Below are positions 59,924 through 64,000 of a stretch of 64,000 bases of DNA, piece by piece. The notes beneath the pieces are model-generated. The model saw only the letters and a list, made by a program, of their open reading frames with translations. It was not told where the DNA came from and ran no database searches. Within the stretch, counting starts at the first letter, position 1. Each line of letters opens with the position of its first letter. The position numbers and the translations under genes were made by a program. This DNA comes from a bacterium (GTDB taxonomy: Bacteria; UBA8248): the NCBI GenBank assembly GCA_965202625.1, contig CBDBBI010000010.1, positions 1,760,001-1,824,000 of the forward strand. The letters are read 5' to 3'.

Positions 59924-60802
59924 TCAATCGATGGCACTATACCAATCCGCAATGGCCCTACCCATCTCATGGGGAGAATCCTCTTGACAATAATGGAGTC
60001 CCGGAACGGTCACCTCCTTCACGTTCGGCCAGCGGCGCACCATTTCCCGATGCGCCCCCACAAGCACGGCACCCGGCTCCGCGTTGATGAAAAGCTTCGG
60101 CACCGGGTGATTCCCGAGCCATTCGTTGTTCCGCTCGACGACCTCAAGGACGTCCGCCGGCTCTCCTTCAATGGGAATTTCGCGCGGCCACGTCAACGTC
60201 GGTCTTCTGCCCTCTCCAGGATTCGCGTAGGGCCTTCGATATTCGTCATGCACTTCCTTCGGCGTCTCACGCATGATCATCGCGGGCAAAATCTTCTCCA
60301 CGAAAAAGTTTCGCTCCAAGACGAGCGACTCGCCCTCCTCGGTTCTGAACCTCCTAAAAAGGGTCTGCACCTCATGCGGCCAGTGATCCCACGTAAAGTT
60401 GCCGATAACTCCCTGGCATATCACCACGCCCTTGAGCCTCTCTCGCCTGTCCGAGGCCCACGTGAAACCCAACTGCGCGCCCCAGTCGTGCGTCACGATG
60501 GCGACGTTCTCGCCCACCTTCAAAGCGTCCAGCAGTGCGTTCGTGAACGGCTGATGATCAGCCAACCGATACATAGAACCGTTCAGCTTTTGAGAGTCGC
60601 CCTGCCCGATGTTGTCTATCGCAATGCAGCGGCCCAGCCCTTCGACGTACGGAATCACGTTGCGCCACATGTAGGATGAGGTGACGTTGCCGTGAAAAAA
60701 GACGATAGGATCGCCCTCGCCCACCTCCAAGTAGGCCATCCTTTTCCCCAAAACTTCCAGGAATTTCTTCTTATATTTCATCTTGGACTCTATCATCGAC
60801 AT
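59924..60802 (-). CDS. Haloalkane dehalogenase family (LinB/DhaA-like)
   Basis: HGNVTSSYMWRN, HDWG, NFFVE, PTLTWPREIP, GLHYCQEDSP. Confidence 0.9.
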   Translation of the reverse strand: MSMIESKMKYKKKFLEVLGKRMAYLEVGEGDPIVFFHGNVTSSYMWRNVIPYVEGLGRCIAIDNIGQGDSQKLNGSMYRLADHQPFTNALLDALKVGENVAIVTHDWGAQLGFTWASDRRERLKGVVICQGVIGNFTWDHWPHEVQTLFRRFRTEEGESLVLERNFFVEKILPAMIMRETPKEVHDEYRRPYANPGEGRRPTLTWPREIPIEGEPADVLEVVERNNEWLGNHPVPKLFINAEPGAVLVGAHREMVRRWPNVKEVTVPGLHYCQEDSPHEMGRAIADWYSAID

Positions 60803-60824
60803 CCTGCCTCGTTTGCGCCCGTGT

Positions 60825-61871
60825 TCATTCGCCCACCCGCAAAACCAGTTTTCCGCGCACATGACCCCCCTCAAGAAGGGCATGGGCCCTAGCGATGTTC
60901 TCCGCGCTCATAGGTCCCACGTCGGTGACTCTTGGCGGTTTGAGCGCATCCGCCTCTATCCAGTCTCGGATCTTATCGAGCGCTCTTTTGTAGACGCCGT
61001 AGTAGGCGGGACCGCCTCCACCGGCGGGGGCGCGCAGGAACACACTGTGAAACGAAGCGGACTTAGTGAACAAGGGACCATCCCGGGAGGAGAAAAATTC
61101 ATCGACCGGCGCGCCCGGCTCCGGAGCGATGGAAACGATTCTTCCCCAGTAGTCCACCATCTCGCAGCAGAAGTTCTTCATCTGGCGGCCCACGAAGTCG
61201 AACGTGATCGGAAAAAGACGACCGCCGTTCATCTCTATCGCCCGTCGGGACAATTCGCCGAGCGACAACCCATTATACTTCAACGCGCCGCCAGAAGCGA
61301 CGCCCATTACATCCTCAATGTATGCCGCGCTTTCATCGCTTCCCGCTGTCGCGACGATGGGAGAGACACCGATGCGCTTTAGCATTTGAAGCGCCATGGT
61401 TCCGACGCCGCCCGACGCGCCCGCCACAAGCACCGCCTCCCCCGGCTGCGCTCTCGCTTTCATCACCACTGCCTCATAGGCGGTCAACGAGACTAGCGGC
61501 AAGGCGGCCGCTTCGGCAAAAGTGGCGCTCGCCGGCTTTTTCACCACAAAAGCGGCGTGGACGCACACAAATTCCGCGTATCCATCCCCTCCACTATCGC
61601 CAAACCTCGGCAGATAGGCCATCACCTCATCACCTGGGGAGAATTCCGAGACGCCCTCGCCCACCGATTCGACCACCCCTGCGGTATCCCGCCCCAAGAC
61701 GATGGGAACCGCCCCTTGGTTGCCACCCCTTCTGGCCTTAAAATCGGTCGGGTTGACGGAAATCGCCTTTGCTCGGACTTTCACCTCCTCCGGCCCAGGC
61801 TCCCTCTCAGGCCAATCGGCGTCCTCGAAATTCTCGGTCCCGCCAAACGCTCTCAGTACGACCGCACGCAT
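60825..61871 (-). CDS. NADP-dependent quinone oxidoreductase (MDR family)
   Basis: SVNPTD, LGRDTAG, GASGGVG, GHVRGKLVL. Confidence 0.9.
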   Translation of the reverse strand: MRAVVLRAFGGTENFEDADWPEREPGPEEVKVRAKAISVNPTDFKARRGGNQGAVPIVLGRDTAGVVESVGEGVSEFSPGDEVMAYLPRFGDSGGDGYAEFVCVHAAFVVKKPASATFAEAAALPLVSLTAYEAVVMKARAQPGEAVLVAGASGGVGTMALQMLKRIGVSPIVATAGSDESAAYIEDVMGVASGGALKYNGLSLGELSRRAIEMNGGRLFPITFDFVGRQMKNFCCEMVDYWGRIVSIAPEPGAPVDEFFSSRDGPLFTKSASFHSVFLRAPAGGGGPAYYGVYKRALDKIRDWIEADALKPPRVTDVGPMSAENIARAHALLEGGHVRGKLVLRVGE

Positions 61872-61883
61872 TCCCGCCCTCCG

Positions 61884-62669
61884 CTAGACCATCCAGGCAC
61901 CGCCCGCGAGGAGCAGTCCCTGGCCCGTGACGTTGCGGCTCTCGTCGCTCGCGAGATAGACCGCCATGTGTCCCACGTCATCAGGCGTCTGCTCGCGCCC
62001 CAGCGGAACCGCCGCTTCGACGAACTCATCAAACACCCGTCTGGCAGGCCGATCCGTCTCCGCCCCGATGATCACGCCGTGACCCTTCTCCCAAAGATTC
62101 GTCCACAACAGCCCGGGGTTAATGGCGTTGACGTTCACGTTGTGCGGTGCCATCTCCTTGGCGAGGCTCATCGTCAAGTTCATGCACGCCGCCTTTGAGG
62201 CGCAATAGTGTGGAACGTTCTCGTTCGCGCGCCTTGACGCGAGCGATGCCAAATTGATGATCTTTCCATACTTGTGCGCGCGCATGTGTGGAGCGACGGC
62301 GCGGCACATCAAGAACACGCCCGTCGCGTTCACCTTGAAAACGGCTTCCCACTCCTCGAGCGTGATCCTCTCTATGGGGTTTCCCATCAGTGCCGATGCT
62401 CTTCCGTGACAATTCACCAAAATGTCGATGCGCCCCATTCGTTCAACCGCCCTTCGAACGACGTTCTCCGCGTCGACCTCGTTCGTCACGTCGGCGGACA
62501 AGGCGAGATGCGCCCCCTCGCCGGCATCATCAAGCCCCTGTTGTGCCACCTCCTCGCTGATGTCAACCACGCAAACGCGCGCGCCCTCACGAGAGAAGGC
62601 GCGAATGATGCCTCGTCCGATTCCACCGCCTCCACCTGTGACGACCGCCTTCTTTCCCTCTAAACGCAT
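61884..62669 (-). CDS. SDR family oxidoreductase
   Basis: TGGGGGIG, YCASK, VNAINPG, VTGQ. Confidence 0.92.
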   Translation of the reverse strand: MRLEGKKAVVTGGGGGIGRGIIRAFSREGARVCVVDISEEVAQQGLDDAGEGAHLALSADVTNEVDAENVVRRAVERMGRIDILVNCHGRASALMGNPIERITLEEWEAVFKVNATGVFLMCRAVAPHMRAHKYGKIINLASLASRRANENVPHYCASKAACMNLTMSLAKEMAPHNVNVNAINPGLLWTNLWEKGHGVIIGAETDRPARRVFDEFVEAAVPLGREQTPDDVGHMAVYLASDESRNVTGQGLLLAGGAWMV

Positions 62670-62949
62670 TCGAATTCCCTCCTCCATGAAATCCTCTTTC
62701 GCACATCCAGAAAAACCCCCGCGCATATTGTAAGGCTGAACGCGGATTACACGTTTGAGGCGTTGCTTTTCGCCATTGTAGCAAGAATACGAAGGGGCGA
62801 ATATCCCAAACCCCATCTGGAAACTTCATCCCTCGGGAGGGTTTCCCCCGCGCGGGGAGAATGATATTCTCACGCTGCTTCAAACGCTTTTGAGAGAATG
62901 ACAATATCGAACGTTCCGAAAATATCTCGGCAAACGACAGGAGCATGGC

Positions 62950-63384
62950 ATGTCTTTGATAAAAATGACGAAAGAATCCATCGACGTCGGCATCGTGGTG
63001 CAAGATCTAGAAGTCGCCGAGAAGTTCTATGGCGGCGTCTTAGGCCTTCCGATCGTGCGCGAGGTCGAGATCACCGAGGAGCAAGCCAGGCAGGCCGGTT
63101 GCGCTTCGGGAAGATTCGAGTTCAAGGCGTTCCAAGCCGGCGAGGTGCAACTCAAAGTTGTTCAAGCGGATTCAAACCCGCCCGCAGGCGGCGGAATCGT
63201 CGATAAATCAACCGGATACCGTTACCTAACGTTCACCGTGGAGAGCGTCCAAGAAGCCCGCGAAGCCCTAGCGGCGGCGGGCGTGACGCTGATGGGCAAA
63301 ATCACCGAGGTCGTGCCAGGCCGATTCATCATCTTCTTTCAAGACCCCGACGGAAACATGCTGGAGTGCGTTGGCCCCAGATAA
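62950..63384 (+). CDS. VOC/glyoxalase family protein
   Basis: GIVVQDL..FYGGVLGL, FFQDPDGNMLE. Confidence 0.88.
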   Translation: MSLIKMTKESIDVGIVVQDLEVAEKFYGGVLGLPIVREVEITEEQARQAGCASGRFEFKAFQAGEVQLKVVQADSNPPAGGGIVDKSTGYRYLTFTVESVQEAREALAAAGVTLMGKITEVVPGRFIIFFQDPDGNMLECVGPR

Positions 63385-63661
63385 GCGTTATCCGAGCACC
63401 CCGCTCCTCCATTGAGAAACGGACGCGGAGACGCTCTGAAAACCCGAAGTCCCGGGCCGGGCGGAAGTTCGGAAAATGCGCGTTCTCCGGAAACGCCTGG
63501 GGAAATCCGCCAAAGGGGATATTTTTTTCTTCTCCCTCGCAGTTGCGAACGTCCATCCCTGAAGTGGCGATCAAAAAACGCCCATCCAAGGCAGGTCAAG
63601 GGAGTGAAAACGCAAATTTCTCTTGACGGGGACGGTGGAAAGGGTCGACGGCGGGCGCGCC

Positions 63662-64000
63662 TCAAGTCGAGAAGACGTTGCGCTTCGAGATGGATTCTGA
63701 GTCGACCTCGCAAGCGCCGCGCGTGTCGATTCTCAGCACGTGCATCCGGCATCCGATGCCGCGCGATTGATAGACCTTCCACATCGCATTACCCACTTTT
63801 CCAGGGTTGTCCCTACAAATCGCCAAAACGCAAGGTCCCGCACCGCTAACGCACACGCCCAGCGCGCCCGCTTCATATGCCGCCTGGAAGACTTCATCCA
63901 GCGGACCCATCAACTCCGCACGGTAGGGCTGGTGGAGCCTGTCCTGCATGGCGTCTCGAAACAAATCGTCCCGGCCGGTGGCGAATGCCGACATGAGCGC
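63662..64000 (-). CDS. thrB: Homoserine kinase, 3' part (starts outside window)
   Basis: MQDRLHQPYR, GALGVCVSGAGP. Confidence 0.9.
   Translation of the reverse strand, partial: ALMSAFATGRDDLFRDAMQDRLHQPYRAELMGPLDEVFQAAYEAGALGVCVSGAGPCVLAICRDNPGKVGNAMWKVYQSRGIGCRMHVLRIDTRGACEVDSESISKRNVFST

Noticed and set aside
63385-63661. Intergenic stretch with short ORFs and weak hairpins
   Set aside because: No consistent repeat, motif or strong structure could be supported
1-64000. CRISPR array, tRNA, rRNA, intact IS or integrase
   Set aside because: No regularly spaced repeats, canonical cloverleafs or transposase/integrase motifs found by eye

Overview
GC-rich bacterial chromosomal window with no rRNA, tRNA, CRISPR array or intact transposase seen. 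It opens with a complex I operon on the minus strand (nuoA-K plus the 5' end of nuoL). Housekeeping genes include scpAB, rluB, panE, a pgsA-like gene, pduO, bioF, futalosine-pathway mqnE/mqnA/mqnC and partial thrB. These are interleaved with many catabolic enzymes (amidohydrolases, CoA-transferases, oxidoreductases). Features missed or split by the ORF track are: two probable selenoprotein genes (a PrdB/GrdB-like UxxC protein closing an amidohydrolase-NifU-MFS operon, and an AhpD/CMD-like CxxU protein); a compact three-way-junction RNA upstream of a frameshifted DUF3800 gene; a large structured intergenic region; and an interrupted two-repeat Cys-containing secreted protein. Also notable are a histidine decarboxylase with an overlapping ACT-domain gene, a thiocyanate hydrolase/nitrile hydratase-like pair lacking the third subunit, a half-size MFS, an MqnA-amidase fusion, and several decayed accessory pseudogenes. 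All calls come from reading motifs by eye; no searches were run.
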